From the IMG/VR virus record IMGVR_UViG_3300025122_000006: 64,000 nucleotides of DNA; one strand, given 5' to 3'. The notes beneath the pieces are model-generated. The model had not been told where the DNA came from and did no database searches. It was given only the letters and a program-made list of their open reading frames with translations. This document shows, one piece after another, positions 32,076-41,428 of the stretch. Position numbers and translations under genes: made by a program. Source of the stretch: a virus. Within the stretch, counting starts at the first letter, position 1, and each line of letters starts with the position of its first letter.

Positions 32076-32611
32076 TTAATAGCCTCCACATTTAAACTCA
32101 TTAATTTTCCGTTTTCCTTATCCATATGAGGATAGTAAGTCTGAGAATAATCGTCAACATGAAAATGCTCCGTATCTCCCCAATCGTATCTATTTATATC
32201 ACGAAACCCAACGGTTGTCAAGTCTTCTTTTAATTTTTTATAATCCCATCCGTTTTTATGATAATCATACGAGTGTTTTTGGCTTCCCCAAAAAGTTGAA
32301 TGAAGCAACCTTAAATTCTTATGATAATAGTAATGTGCAAAGTGCGCTTCCATATCTGGTACTGCCAATCTCAAAACGCCACCGGGCTTTAAAATTTTAT
32401 ACCATCTTTTTAGAGCCTTTTCAGATTCGATATAATCTGCATGTTCTAAAACATGACAAGCGTATATAAGATCTACTGATTCGTTTTCGAACTTGTTTAA
32501 TTTGAAAACATCGTCAACAATATCTGGGCTTACATCCTCCCTAATATCGATGTTTATAAATCCATATATTTTTCTATCGTAACAGCCCAAATTTAATTTT
32601 ACGCTATTCAA
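32072..32611 (-). CDS. Class I SAM-dependent methyltransferase
   Basis: KLNLGC; NIDI; SVDLIYACHVLEH; ILKPGG.LRLAVPD; SLNVEAIK. Confidence 0.85.
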   Translation of the reverse strand: MNSVKLNLGCYDRKIYGFINIDIREDVSPDIVDDVFKLNKFENESVDLIYACHVLEHADYIESEKALKRWYKILKPGGVLRLAVPDMEAHFAHYYYHKNLRLLHSTFWGSQKHSYDYHKNGWDYKKLKEDLTTVGFRDINRYDWGDTEHFHVDDYSQTYYPHMDKENGKLMSLNVEAIK

Positions 32612-33564
32612 GTTATCCTCCTGTAGTGGTCCAAAAGAAATTCAACACTTTCATCAATTGAATATTTTGGTTTCCACCCAGTTTTTTTTATAAATTTAGA
32701 TACATCTGGTATTTGCATTGTTACATCCACAGGCCTTAACAACCTCTCATCAACTTCAGATTTAATCGAAACAGAAGATTTAGATTTTAAAATATCTAAA
32801 AATTCTCCCACAGTTGTAACGGCTTCCCCACCAACATTATAAGGAACTCCATAGTCACAATGCTGACAAGCAACCCAATAAGATTCCATGGCGTCCCTAG
32901 CATCTATAAGTGTTCGAACTGAATTTAAATTACCATGGGTTAATATCCTTCTCTTGCCCTGTTCAATTTCCACTATTTTTCTTGCGAAAGCGCTTGAAAA
33001 AATATCTCCCCTCCTTGGATTTATATAAGCAAACATTCTAGTTATGACTACTTTCATCCCATAAGAATAAAAATAAGAACTGGCTATTTTTTCTTGTGTC
33101 AATTTTGAAACAGCATAAATATTAACCGGCTCTAGTGGAGCCTCTTCTGTTATAGGAGTGTTTTTAACATCTACTAAGCCATAAACTTCCGATGTCCCAC
33201 AAAACTGTATTATCGGATCGATACCCACTATCCTAATAGCCTCAAACAAATTAATTGTATTACTAATGTTGTTTTGTAAAACAGCTATCGGATTTGAAAA
33301 ACATACGTGAACATTAGCATGAGCAGCAAGATGAAAAATATAATCTGGCCGGGCGGCTTGTAGTGCCCGGATTGTTGCACTCAAGTCTGTTAGATCACAT
33401 TCATGCATTTTAATTTTATGTGAAATTCCTTTCAAATTTGAATTTGAAGTTGTACTGTGCCACCTTGAAATACCATGAACTTCTAGATCAGTATTGTTCA
33501 ACAAAAATTCTGCCAAATAACTACCACCACTACCAGCGATTCCTGTTATTAATGCTCTTTTCAT
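32608..33564 (-). CDS. gmd: GDP-mannose 4,6-dehydratase
   Basis: ALITGIAGSGGSYLAEFLL; GTSEVYG (catalytic T/E); YAVSK; GNLNSVR; LLRPVDV. An RMD-type reductase is not fully excluded. Confidence 0.7.
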   Translation of the reverse strand: MKRALITGIAGSGGSYLAEFLLNNTDLEVHGISRWHSTTSNSNLKGISHKIKMHECDLTDLSATIRALQAARPDYIFHLAAHANVHVCFSNPIAVLQNNISNTINLFEAIRIVGIDPIIQFCGTSEVYGLVDVKNTPITEEAPLEPVNIYAVSKLTQEKIASSYFYSYGMKVVITRMFAYINPRRGDIFSSAFARKIVEIEQGKRRILTHGNLNSVRTLIDARDAMESYWVACQHCDYGVPYNVGGEAVTTVGEFLDILKSKSSVSIKSEVDERLLRPVDVTMQIPDVSKFIKKTGWKPKYSIDESVEFLLDHYRRIT

Positions 33565-34557
33565 TTATTTTCCTCTAACAAATGCATGTTGGATTTTATC
33601 ATAATCAAGAATTTCTTTACTCAAAAACAAATTATTTTTAATAAACTCTTTTAATCTATCATCGATACTAAATCCATTTTCATCAAATTGATTTACATCA
33701 TGAACCAAAAACGTTTTATCATCTGGTACGTCCATTTTATGAGCAAATCTAGGAACCCACTCTTCATGACCAAAACCGCAGGCTGCAGCTTCCGGACTTT
33801 CTACTATTTCTTTAACGCTTTTACACCCGGGATATACAATATCCCAACCAGCTCCAAACACTTGAGTCTGTCCATCTAATCCTTGATGCATTCCCTTATT
33901 GGTGCCATGGTAGCACATTACGTCATTTGCTATAACAAATCTTTGTTTGACTGCCGCGGCAAGAAAAGAAAACGACGATTCAGAACAGTAGGAAACAAAA
34001 ATATCTGGTAATGGACGCCCATACTCTTTGAGTATTTTATTAGAAAAGACAGCACAATGTAAATTTGCTGTGGATCCTAACGGAACGACAAAATCTTTTT
34101 CTCTACCAAAAACATCCCAGATATTTTGGCTTTCATCAAAGTCAAACCACCAAAAATAACCGTTGTCCTTATCTATTTCGGGGGATACAATTCCGTTTTC
34201 TTCATTTAGAATTCTGTTGTTTAATTTTGCCAAAGAAGTTAAATCATCTGTAAATCTTACATCAGAGGCTACATAAACATATCCATCAAATTCCCCAAAC
34301 TCTTGAATGCCCTTGAGAACAGCGTGATTGAAAGATTGGTTAACGGCTAGCTTCTCATTCGTAAAATAGTAACTTATTCTATCCCCAAAAGCTTCATAAA
34401 CTTTTTGAAAAGTTTTTTTACTTACAAAACAACCAGAAAATATAACTCTTTTATCTTCAAAGTTCTGATCAAGAATAGAACTGATATGTTCAATATATGT
34501 GGAAGAGTTTTCTCTCCCCGAGAGGCCACAAGTATTATATACAATCATTAAGGACAT
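33565..34557 (-). CDS. Putative glycosyltransferase, divergent GT-A fold (paralog family B)
   Basis: VYNTCGLSGRE; VNQSFNHAV; YVYVASDV; NLHC.VFSN; PDIFVSYCSES; clear paralog of 34561..35505. Confidence 0.5.
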   Translation of the reverse strand: MSLMIVYNTCGLSGRENSSTYIEHISSILDQNFEDKRVIFSGCFVSKKTFQKVYEAFGDRISYYFTNEKLAVNQSFNHAVLKGIQEFGEFDGYVYVASDVRFTDDLTSLAKLNNRILNEENGIVSPEIDKDNGYFWWFDFDESQNIWDVFGREKDFVVPLGSTANLHCAVFSNKILKEYGRPLPDIFVSYCSESSFSFLAAAVKQRFVIANDVMCYHGTNKGMHQGLDGQTQVFGAGWDIVYPGCKSVKEIVESPEAAACGFGHEEWVPRFAHKMDVPDDKTFLVHDVNQFDENGFSIDDRLKEFIKNNLFLSKEILDYDKIQHAFVRGK

Positions 34558-34560
34558 CTG

Positions 34561-35505
34561 TTATCTCACAAATTTATATTTAAGTTTATCATAATCAAAA
34601 GTCTTTTTATTCAAAAACATATTGATTCTAATAAATTCTTTGAGTCTTTCCGGAACTTCCACAAAACCATCTTTATATTTTTCTCTGTCATGCGGGAAAA
34701 CTCCCTGCATCTCTTCGTATCCAAAGCCGCTGTCCCAAGCTTCTGGTTGTTTGACTATCTCTCTTATATCCAGCCCACCGAATAGATTATTTGTACTATC
34801 CCCCCTTGGGCCAATATGATGAAACCCACTAGTGGCTCCATCAACACTTTTAAGGTGTTCTAAGACCAAATCTTTCATAATAATCCATTTTTGAGAAACC
34901 CCAGCGGCTACAAACGAAAATACCGATTCTGTGCAATATGCTACAAAAATATCAGGAATTATTTTTCTATCGTAAGCTTTAAAAATTTCATTAGAAAATA
35001 ATTGTGTGTGCAAATTACATGCTCTTCCGATTGGAATTTCAAAATGCTCATCTACTATATGCCCCTTTATATTAAACCATGGTCCAAAACCCGTATCGTT
35101 ACTCGCTTGCAAAGTGACCATACCGTAGGGACCAGATTTGTACAAATCCCAAGTATCTTTTAAAGTATAGATATTGTCTCTAAAGTTTATTCCGGAATCC
35201 ACATACAAATAAGAATCAAATTCATCAAATTGGTCAACACATTTTTGCACAGTATGATTAAAAGATTGGTTTACTGTTATTCTTTCATTTGTAAAATTAA
35301 AAGATACCCTTCCTTTGAATTCTTGTACTAATCTTTTCACTACTCTTAAAGAATTGCCACAGCTTGAAATAACCACATGAAACCCATCAAATTGTTGTTT
35401 TAGGATATTATTGACACAATCAATATACCACTCAACACTTTCTCTACCAGAAAAACCGCAAGTATTATAAACAACTAAAATCTTATTTTTCATTATAAAA
35501 ATCAC
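34561..35505 (-). CDS. Putative glycosyltransferase, divergent GT-A fold (paralog family B)
   Basis: VYNTCGFSGRE; VNQSFNHTV; YLYVDSG; NLHTQLFSN; PDIFVAYCTES. Confidence 0.5.
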   Translation of the reverse strand: MIFIMKNKILVVYNTCGFSGRESVEWYIDCVNNILKQQFDGFHVVISSCGNSLRVVKRLVQEFKGRVSFNFTNERITVNQSFNHTVQKCVDQFDEFDSYLYVDSGINFRDNIYTLKDTWDLYKSGPYGMVTLQASNDTGFGPWFNIKGHIVDEHFEIPIGRACNLHTQLFSNEIFKAYDRKIIPDIFVAYCTESVFSFVAAGVSQKWIIMKDLVLEHLKSVDGATSGFHHIGPRGDSTNNLFGGLDIREIVKQPEAWDSGFGYEEMQGVFPHDREKYKDGFVEVPERLKEFIRINMFLNKKTFDYDKLKYKFVR

Positions 35506-36022
35506 CCCATTCTACCAATATAGTGCTTCTACCATCTGTCCTATTATATGCTTTATAATACGCTGGAAATATATCTTCTGGTTCGTCTAATCTAATAACT
35601 TCAATAGTACTTAACATGTGTTTAAATGCTTCAGTAAAGTCTCCGGAATGTTGAGTTTGAGGATCTAAAGGCCTAACGGATCCTATGCCCGTCCTTATAA
35701 TAACTTTTGGAGTAAATTGTCCATCCGTATAAACGGGATATTTATCCAAATGGTTTACTAATTGATTTGCCGCCAATAATAAAAAATTCCATCTAGGATA
35801 AATACTAATGGGAACTAAGCCACCAACCGCTAAACCATTTGTTATACCCATTTGCATTTCTTCATTAACCGGCATTTCAATTAATTTATCTCTAGATATT
35901 TTTCCAAGTGTGTTGGTCATCGCAGTGCCTTTATATTCAACTGCTTGACCCAAAAATACTGTATCTTCCTGTTTTCCAAGATAAGTCATCGCTTTTTCTA
36001 ATTCATTGAAATATTTTCCCAT
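35483..36022 (-). CDS. ThDP enzyme pyrimidine-binding subunit (E1-beta/transketolase PYR domain, no C-terminal domain)
   Basis: LGQAV; IEMPVNEE..MG...GLA; NQLVN; QHS.DF. Confidence 0.8.
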   Translation of the reverse strand: MGKYFNELEKAMTYLGKQEDTVFLGQAVEYKGTAMTNTLGKISRDKLIEMPVNEEMQMGITNGLAVGGLVPISIYPRWNFLLLAANQLVNHLDKYPVYTDGQFTPKVIIRTGIGSVRPLDPQTQHSGDFTEAFKHMLSTIEVIRLDEPEDIFPAYYKAYNRTDGRSTILVEWGDFYNEK

Positions 36023-36031
36023 TCTTTCCTC

Positions 36032-36652
36032 TTAAAATTGAACTCTTGTCCCCGCACCAGCGTGAGGATATTTATCTAAATTATATTTGTAATATGTAAT
36101 GTATTCATCATTAACCCCTTCGTAAGTCATCTTCTCCAGAGCCCAAGTTGCTTTCGTATCAGTGCATACAGATTTGCCATTATCTTCAATAATAAAATGA
36201 ATAGGTAGTTTATGGTTTCTAGCATATTTAATACATTCGTGTGCTGCTCCTGTCTCGGAAGTCATTTCTCCCATGAAGCAATAAACTTTATTGGTTCCGC
36301 CCGACCTTTTTATGCCGAGAGCCAAACCTACCGAAACAGATAATTGACCTGTCACGATTCCAGAACATAAAACTCGTTGTTCTTTGAAGCCTAAAGAAAT
36401 TGATCTTCCCTGCAAGATAGACTTTTTTAATTCTTCTTTCGGGACACCTTTTAATAAGCATTGATAATGACTCCTCCAAGAACACAAAACCCAATCATCT
36501 TTACTAATTTTATGTTTTTTAAAAATATCAATCATTTGCTCTTCATTGCCATGATATAAATGAACTGGTGCCTTAATTAACGCATTATTAAAGCATTCTG
36601 CTATTTCATTTTCGAATTCAATTAATTCTTCTTTAGTCATCATTTTAATCAC
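36032..36652 (-). CDS. ThDP enzyme PP-binding subunit (E1-alpha-like, short)
   Basis: PVHLYHGNE; WRSHY..L.KG; GIV; FMGEM..ETG..HE....HKLPIHFIIEDN. Confidence 0.8.
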   Translation of the reverse strand: MIKMMTKEELIEFENEIAECFNNALIKAPVHLYHGNEEQMIDIFKKHKISKDDWVLCSWRSHYQCLLKGVPKEELKKSILQGRSISLGFKEQRVLCSGIVTGQLSVSVGLALGIKRSGGTNKVYCFMGEMTSETGAAHECIKYARNHKLPIHFIIEDNGKSVCTDTKATWALEKMTYEGVNDEYITYYKYNLDKYPHAGAGTRVQF

Positions 36653-38159
36653 CTAAAATTTTTCTTTTTAATTTATGATCACACATCTTAACAATCCCAT
36701 CACGAGTTTCTTTTCCAAATTTATTTTCAATGGAATTCAAATATCTTTCGTCTTCGTGATAATTGTTAAATGCGGCATCCCTAAATTTTACCACTTCTGC
36801 CGCGGAAATATATTTGGTATCAAGTGGACGCATATTATAGGAATGCTGAGAATAGCCAACATAAGAATCTGGCAATGTTAAACTCTCTTTAAGTGCCTCT
36901 AGATACAATTTAGACCCTGGATATGCCATCGAACAATAAAAATTTGCAAATTCACAATTCAAATCTTTTGCCAAATCTAGAGTCTCTTGCATAGTTTCCA
37001 GGTTGTCTTCGGGTAAACCAAAAATATAATTACCAATTACATTTATACCAGCATCTTGAATTTGTTTTACTAAATCTTTAATGTTAACTTCGGTGAATTT
37101 TCCTTTGATAACATCTTTTCTAACGACTTTATTGCCCGACTCAATTCCCAATGCTAACCATTCAACGCCAGCTTTTTTCAAAGTTTCTAAATAAGATTCT
37201 TTTACTGTATCAATTCTTGCATATGCCCAGATATTAAAATCGTATCCTCTATCGACTATATTGTCACATAATTTCATGAAATGATTTTTGTTCAAAACGA
37301 ACATCTCATCAGCAATTTTTACATTCCTAATTCCCATTTCAGCAATCTTATCAAATTCAGTTATCATGAAATCTGGATCCCAAAATCTAAACTTATTTCT
37401 TCCATAATCCCAATTTTCAATATTATTGTTCCCAAAAGGAGCATTAATGCAACAAAAACTACATCTAAAGGGGCACCCAAGGCTCGTATACAAAGACGCA
37501 AAAGGAGCGGTATCATTATCATTAGACATTGCATGCCAGTTGGAAGTTCTATATTTTTCCATAGGAAGAAGATCCCAGGCTACACCGGGAAGTTCATGCT
37601 GTAGTTGGTCTTGTGTGATTAAAGGAGCCGGTCTTGTAAAACAAATTTTACCTTCATCCCTATACCATAGTCCTGGTACTTTTCTTAATTGTGTTGAGTC
37701 TTCTAAATCACTAATTTGCAAAAGAGCAGTGATCGTTCTAGGGCCTTCTCCTTGGCAAACAAAATCGGCTTTTTCATCTTGCATTGTTTTTCGCGAAGTC
37801 GCCGATGGATAGAGACCAGTCAACAAAACTTTTAGACTTGGGTTTATTTCTTTTAAAAATTCCATACAATCATGTACACCTTGCATATTTTGAGTTGAAG
37901 CCGATGGTTGTTGTCCATAGACCACAAACACAGTTAATTTTGGATTTAATTTATTAATCCTCATGGCACTTTCAAACGAAGAAATACCTTCCGCTTCACA
38001 ATCCAAAATTAGTGTATTATGGTATCCAGCCGATCTTAAGTGATTAGCCAGCAAACCAGCCCAAATTGGAGGCTCAATTGCAGATAAATTTTTACTTAAA
38101 TCTTGATAAACTTTTTCTGATGCGTTGGGATGCACAAATAATACATCTAATTTATTCAT
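36645..38159 (-). CDS. Cobalamin-dependent (class B) radical SAM protein
   Basis: N-terminal B12-binding-like domain; SLGCPFRCSFCC (CxxxCxxC); ADEMF; LGIESG; YIFGLP; YPGSKLY; AGGAG RBS before ATG 38159. Confidence 0.9.
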   Translation of the reverse strand: MNKLDVLFVHPNASEKVYQDLSKNLSAIEPPIWAGLLANHLRSAGYHNTLILDCEAEGISSFESAMRINKLNPKLTVFVVYGQQPSASTQNMQGVHDCMEFLKEINPSLKVLLTGLYPSATSRKTMQDEKADFVCQGEGPRTITALLQISDLEDSTQLRKVPGLWYRDEGKICFTRPAPLITQDQLQHELPGVAWDLLPMEKYRTSNWHAMSNDNDTAPFASLYTSLGCPFRCSFCCINAPFGNNNIENWDYGRNKFRFWDPDFMITEFDKIAEMGIRNVKIADEMFVLNKNHFMKLCDNIVDRGYDFNIWAYARIDTVKESYLETLKKAGVEWLALGIESGNKVVRKDVIKGKFTEVNIKDLVKQIQDAGINVIGNYIFGLPEDNLETMQETLDLAKDLNCEFANFYCSMAYPGSKLYLEALKESLTLPDSYVGYSQHSYNMRPLDTKYISAAEVVKFRDAAFNNYHEDERYLNSIENKFGKETRDGIVKMCDHKLKRKILGD

Positions 38160-38166
38160 AATTCTC

Positions 38167-39096
38167 CTAGTAATTTGCGAACCAAGGCGATTCAATAATT
38201 TCATATGCTTTCATTAATTCTTTGATACCAGTATCAAGATCATTTTCACAAGTGAAACCTTTGTCATAAATCTTTTGGCTACTAACAACATAATCTCTAG
38301 TATCAGGATCAGAATTGAATTCAGCCTTAATAACCTCCAAAGGAATGTGTCTTTGAATTGTTTTTGCAAGTTGTAATTTGTTCATGTTGATTTCATCATG
38401 GCCAACATTATAAGTTTCATTTTTGCATTGTTCCCAATTATCTAAAACAAATTTAAACGATCTACAAGCATCTTGAATATGCAAATAATTCCTCATAAAT
38501 TCACATTCATATAAAACCAAAACCCTTTCTCGCAAAGCTTTTAGGACAAAATTATTAACTAATAGGTCCGTTCTCATTCTAGAAGAGGGGCCAAAAACAG
38601 TTGCAAATCTAAATGTCACATGATTTTCCACTTCTTTGTAGGCTTTCTCTGCCTGCACTTTTGTGACTCCGTACAAGGAAATAGGATTTAATTCGGATTC
38701 TTCGGTACACACGCCATTACCGGTTCCGTATCCAGAATTTGTACAAGGATAAATAACTATTTGATCTTTCGATTTATTATCGGCAATCCACTGATTTACT
38801 TCGTAATTGATTTCTTTTGCCCCTCTTTTATCTCTATCGCATAGGGGAAAACCAACTAGTGCTGCCAATGGAATTATAATATCTGCTTTTGATACATATT
38901 TTTTTAAAAGATTAATGTTTCTAACATCTTCTTTTACAAAATTAAAATTTGAACACGTAGTATATCGCAATAAAGAAGTGCAATCATACATTAAATTATC
39001 TAAACAGGTGACTTCATAGCCATCACCTAATAAATGCGCAGTGAGTTCACTACCGATATACCCAGCTCCGCCCGTAATTAAAACTTTTTCTCTCAT
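38167..39096 (-). CDS. NAD-dependent epimerase/dehydratase (paralog of 25042..25992)
   Basis: GGAGYIG; PLAALVGFPLC; YGVTK; RFATVFG.S.RMRTDLLVN; likely start MREKVL at 39096. Confidence 0.9.
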   Translation of the reverse strand: MREKVLITGGAGYIGSELTAHLLGDGYEVTCLDNLMYDCTSLLRYTTCSNFNFVKEDVRNINLLKKYVSKADIIIPLAALVGFPLCDRDKRGAKEINYEVNQWIADNKSKDQIVIYPCTNSGYGTGNGVCTEESELNPISLYGVTKVQAEKAYKEVENHVTFRFATVFGPSSRMRTDLLVNNFVLKALRERVLVLYECEFMRNYLHIQDACRSFKFVLDNWEQCKNETYNVGHDEINMNKLQLAKTIQRHIPLEVIKAEFNSDPDTRDYVVSSQKIYDKGFTCENDLDTGIKELMKAYEIIESPWFANY

Positions 39097-39398
39097 CACC
39101 ACTCCAGTTTTCCAGTTACAATATCTTTGAGCATTATCCAATCACATGCTTTTGCCCATGCTGGTCTCGAGAAAGCAGCGGGAATGTTTTTTTCAAAAAA
39201 ATAATGCCCTGACCACGCAAAGGGATAAACAACAAAAGGCGCCAATAACAGCAAAGCCCAAATCTGTGTTAATATGGTGCCTATAATAAATATAATTGTT
39301 ACTAGTTGACCTAAAACATGTAAACGACGAGTCCATTTATTCTGATGTAATGTTAAATAGTATTCATAATATTCTTTAAATGTCAAGTTATTATTCAT
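39096..39398 (-). CDS. DUF962/Mpo1-like membrane protein
   Basis: F.EYY.YYL.LHQN..TRRLH..G; FAWSGHYFFEKN.PA.F. Confidence 0.85.
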   Translation of the reverse strand: MNNNLTFKEYYEYYLTLHQNKWTRRLHVLGQLVTIIFIIGTILTQIWALLLLAPFVVYPFAWSGHYFFEKNIPAAFSRPAWAKACDWIMLKDIVTGKLEW

Positions 39399-39798
39399 CC
39401 CAACTAATCTCCCAATCTTTAAATTCTGCCGCCAAGCAGTCTATCTTATAATCTTTGCGACCGCCAACTTTTTCTTGTATTCTATTCTTTGCTGTGTTTC
39501 TGATTCCATTTAGGCCGTGAGTTAATTCTAAGTTATTTCCATCTCTAATTCCTTTACGATAATTTGATTCATTGTGCCAAATGTGTAAATTCATTTGAGA
39601 GAGTACGACGATGGATCGAATTAATTGAGCATCGATTACTTTGCTTTCTGAGAGCAAAATATCAATGTCATGGCAAATATCCGAAATTTCTTTAGCGTAT
39701 TCTTCTTTATGATTAGGGATAAAAACCTCTTTCAACTGGACTATAGATAATCTATCTACTAGTTCGGATAATGTCGGTAAATATTTTCTTTTTTCCAT
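39391..39798 (-). CDS. Hypothetical helical protein
   Basis: TLSELVDRLSIVQLK...NLHIWH.E...N..RN..KN.I. Confidence 0.65.
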   Translation of the reverse strand: MEKRKYLPTLSELVDRLSIVQLKEVFIPNHKEEYAKEISDICHDIDILLSESKVIDAQLIRSIVVLSQMNLHIWHNESNYRKGIRDGNNLELTHGLNGIRNTAKNRIQEKVGGRKDYKIDCLAAEFKDWEISWDE

Positions 39799-39799
39799 T

Positions 39800-41428
39800 T
39801 CAGCCTCCTACAAATTGATCGAAATATGGTTTAAATAGGGAATAATTATCCCCAAAAAGATTACGATATTCATAAAAGATCCTAGCTTCTTCCCTTTTTT
39901 GTTCAAGATTATCATCAGAACTAGATCTACCCCCAGAATAATATAAGCCCACCACTTCATCAATTTTCTTGAACCTGCTTCCATTAGAAACACTTCGGAG
40001 CCACATTTCCCAATCATCTGCATAGTTGCACCTTTCAGAATCAAAAAACCCATATTTATCATGTATATTTCTTCTCCAAAGAGGCATGGGGCCTGGCAGG
40101 CATTTTATCATGTTTTCCTTTGAAAATGGAAATCTAGAGTGATCAAACAACATACTATTTGACGAATTTTCTTCAAATTTTTCATTTGCGACTTCTGTAC
40201 AATAAACATCTCCATACACTAAATCGATTGTTGTATCATCTTTCATATTATTATAAAGCACTTCCAGACAATCGTTTCTTTTTACATCATCAATAAAGGC
40301 AAAAGTTACATATTCCCCATTGGATAGCTCCAGAGCTCTGTTCAAGCAAGGTGTAATCGCTTCTTTTTCTTCCAATCTTTTATAAACTATATTATCAAAT
40401 TTTTTCAAATATTTTTTAATTAGTTCGGACTCCCCTCTGTAAGACCCAGCATCAATTATTATTAACTCACAATCATTAAAAATGGTTTGATTAGTTATGT
40501 TTTCTAAAAAATTATTTAGAAAACCTTTTCCTTCATGAAAGGTTGTGATAATTGAAACCAAAGGGTTTCTTTTTTCTTCTAAATCGCGTTTGTATAACCG
40601 CTCAATAATAGAAATAATTTCAGACCTTTTTTTATACATAAATTCAATAAGCTCTTCGCCTTTTAAGCTGAACCACTCTTCAGAGGCGGCTCCCGCTAAA
40701 TTATTTGTAATAACAGAGCACCCCATCATCCTAGCTTCAACCAATATCCTAGATAAAGTTTCTGGTGTTTTTGGTAAAAAAAGAAATTTGGAATTTGATC
40801 CAAGTTTTTCTAGAAATTTAAAATAATTGGGATCAGAAATTAATTCATATTTTAAATCTTTGGATGAGCAATAGCGTATAGCCCCTAAAGTGTTTTTGTG
40901 TTCGATATCAGATTCCATTATTGAAATTTTATCTGTTTGTTTTTGCATCTTAGATATTTCCTTCATTTTGTGCAAACTATCCTTAGACCACAAATTTCCT
41001 CCCAAATTAATTACGTTATCAAGTTTCAAGTTTTTTTCAATTATTTCTTTATGAAATTTTGATTGACAAAGCACAGCCATCGCATTTTTATAAAAATAAA
41101 AATTAATCAAATTTTTTGGAGATGCCTTAAAGTCTCTATAAGTTGCTGGGTTTCTTGATTTTAAATACTTATGATCATGCTCGTATATTAAATACCTTAA
41201 GTTCATTAACACCTGTCGACATTCATTAGAAAGATTAATATAATTAGATACAATAAAAAACGCATTTTTATTAGAATTTATTAATCTTTTTGTAACAAGA
41301 TGAGATTGTGTTTTGTCAACTTTATAACCTCCATTTCTTAATTCCAAAATTAATTCTTCATTATTTAATTCTCCACCACCAAGAATATGTTCAGTAAAAA
41401 AATCAGCTATAAAAATAATTTTTTTCAT
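39800..41428 (-). CDS. Bifunctional glycosyltransferase: N-terminal GT-B(GT4)-like + C-terminal GT2
   Basis: GGGE; ETLSRILVEARMMGC; then PLVSIITT..ELIIIDAGS..FIDD..GPMPLWR..DDWEMWLR. Confidence 0.85.
   Translation of the reverse strand: MKKIIFIADFFTEHILGGGELNNEELILELRNGGYKVDKTQSHLVTKRLINSNKNAFFIVSNYINLSNECRQVLMNLRYLIYEHDHKYLKSRNPATYRDFKASPKNLINFYFYKNAMAVLCQSKFHKEIIEKNLKLDNVINLGGNLWSKDSLHKMKEISKMQKQTDKISIMESDIEHKNTLGAIRYCSSKDLKYELISDPNYFKFLEKLGSNSKFLFLPKTPETLSRILVEARMMGCSVITNNLAGAASEEWFSLKGEELIEFMYKKRSEIISIIERLYKRDLEEKRNPLVSIITTFHEGKGFLNNFLENITNQTIFNDCELIIIDAGSYRGESELIKKYLKKFDNIVYKRLEEKEAITPCLNRALELSNGEYVTFAFIDDVKRNDCLEVLYNNMKDDTTIDLVYGDVYCTEVANEKFEENSSNSMLFDHSRFPFSKENMIKCLPGPMPLWRRNIHDKYGFFDSERCNYADDWEMWLRSVSNGSRFKKIDEVVGLYYSGGRSSSDDNLEQKREEARIFYEYRNLFGDNYSLFKPYFDQFVGG

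Noticed and set aside
35483-36652. Pyruvate dehydrogenase as a central-metabolism auxiliary gene
   Set aside because: Subunits are truncated, E2/E3 are absent, and the genes are embedded in a sugar-biosynthesis operon.
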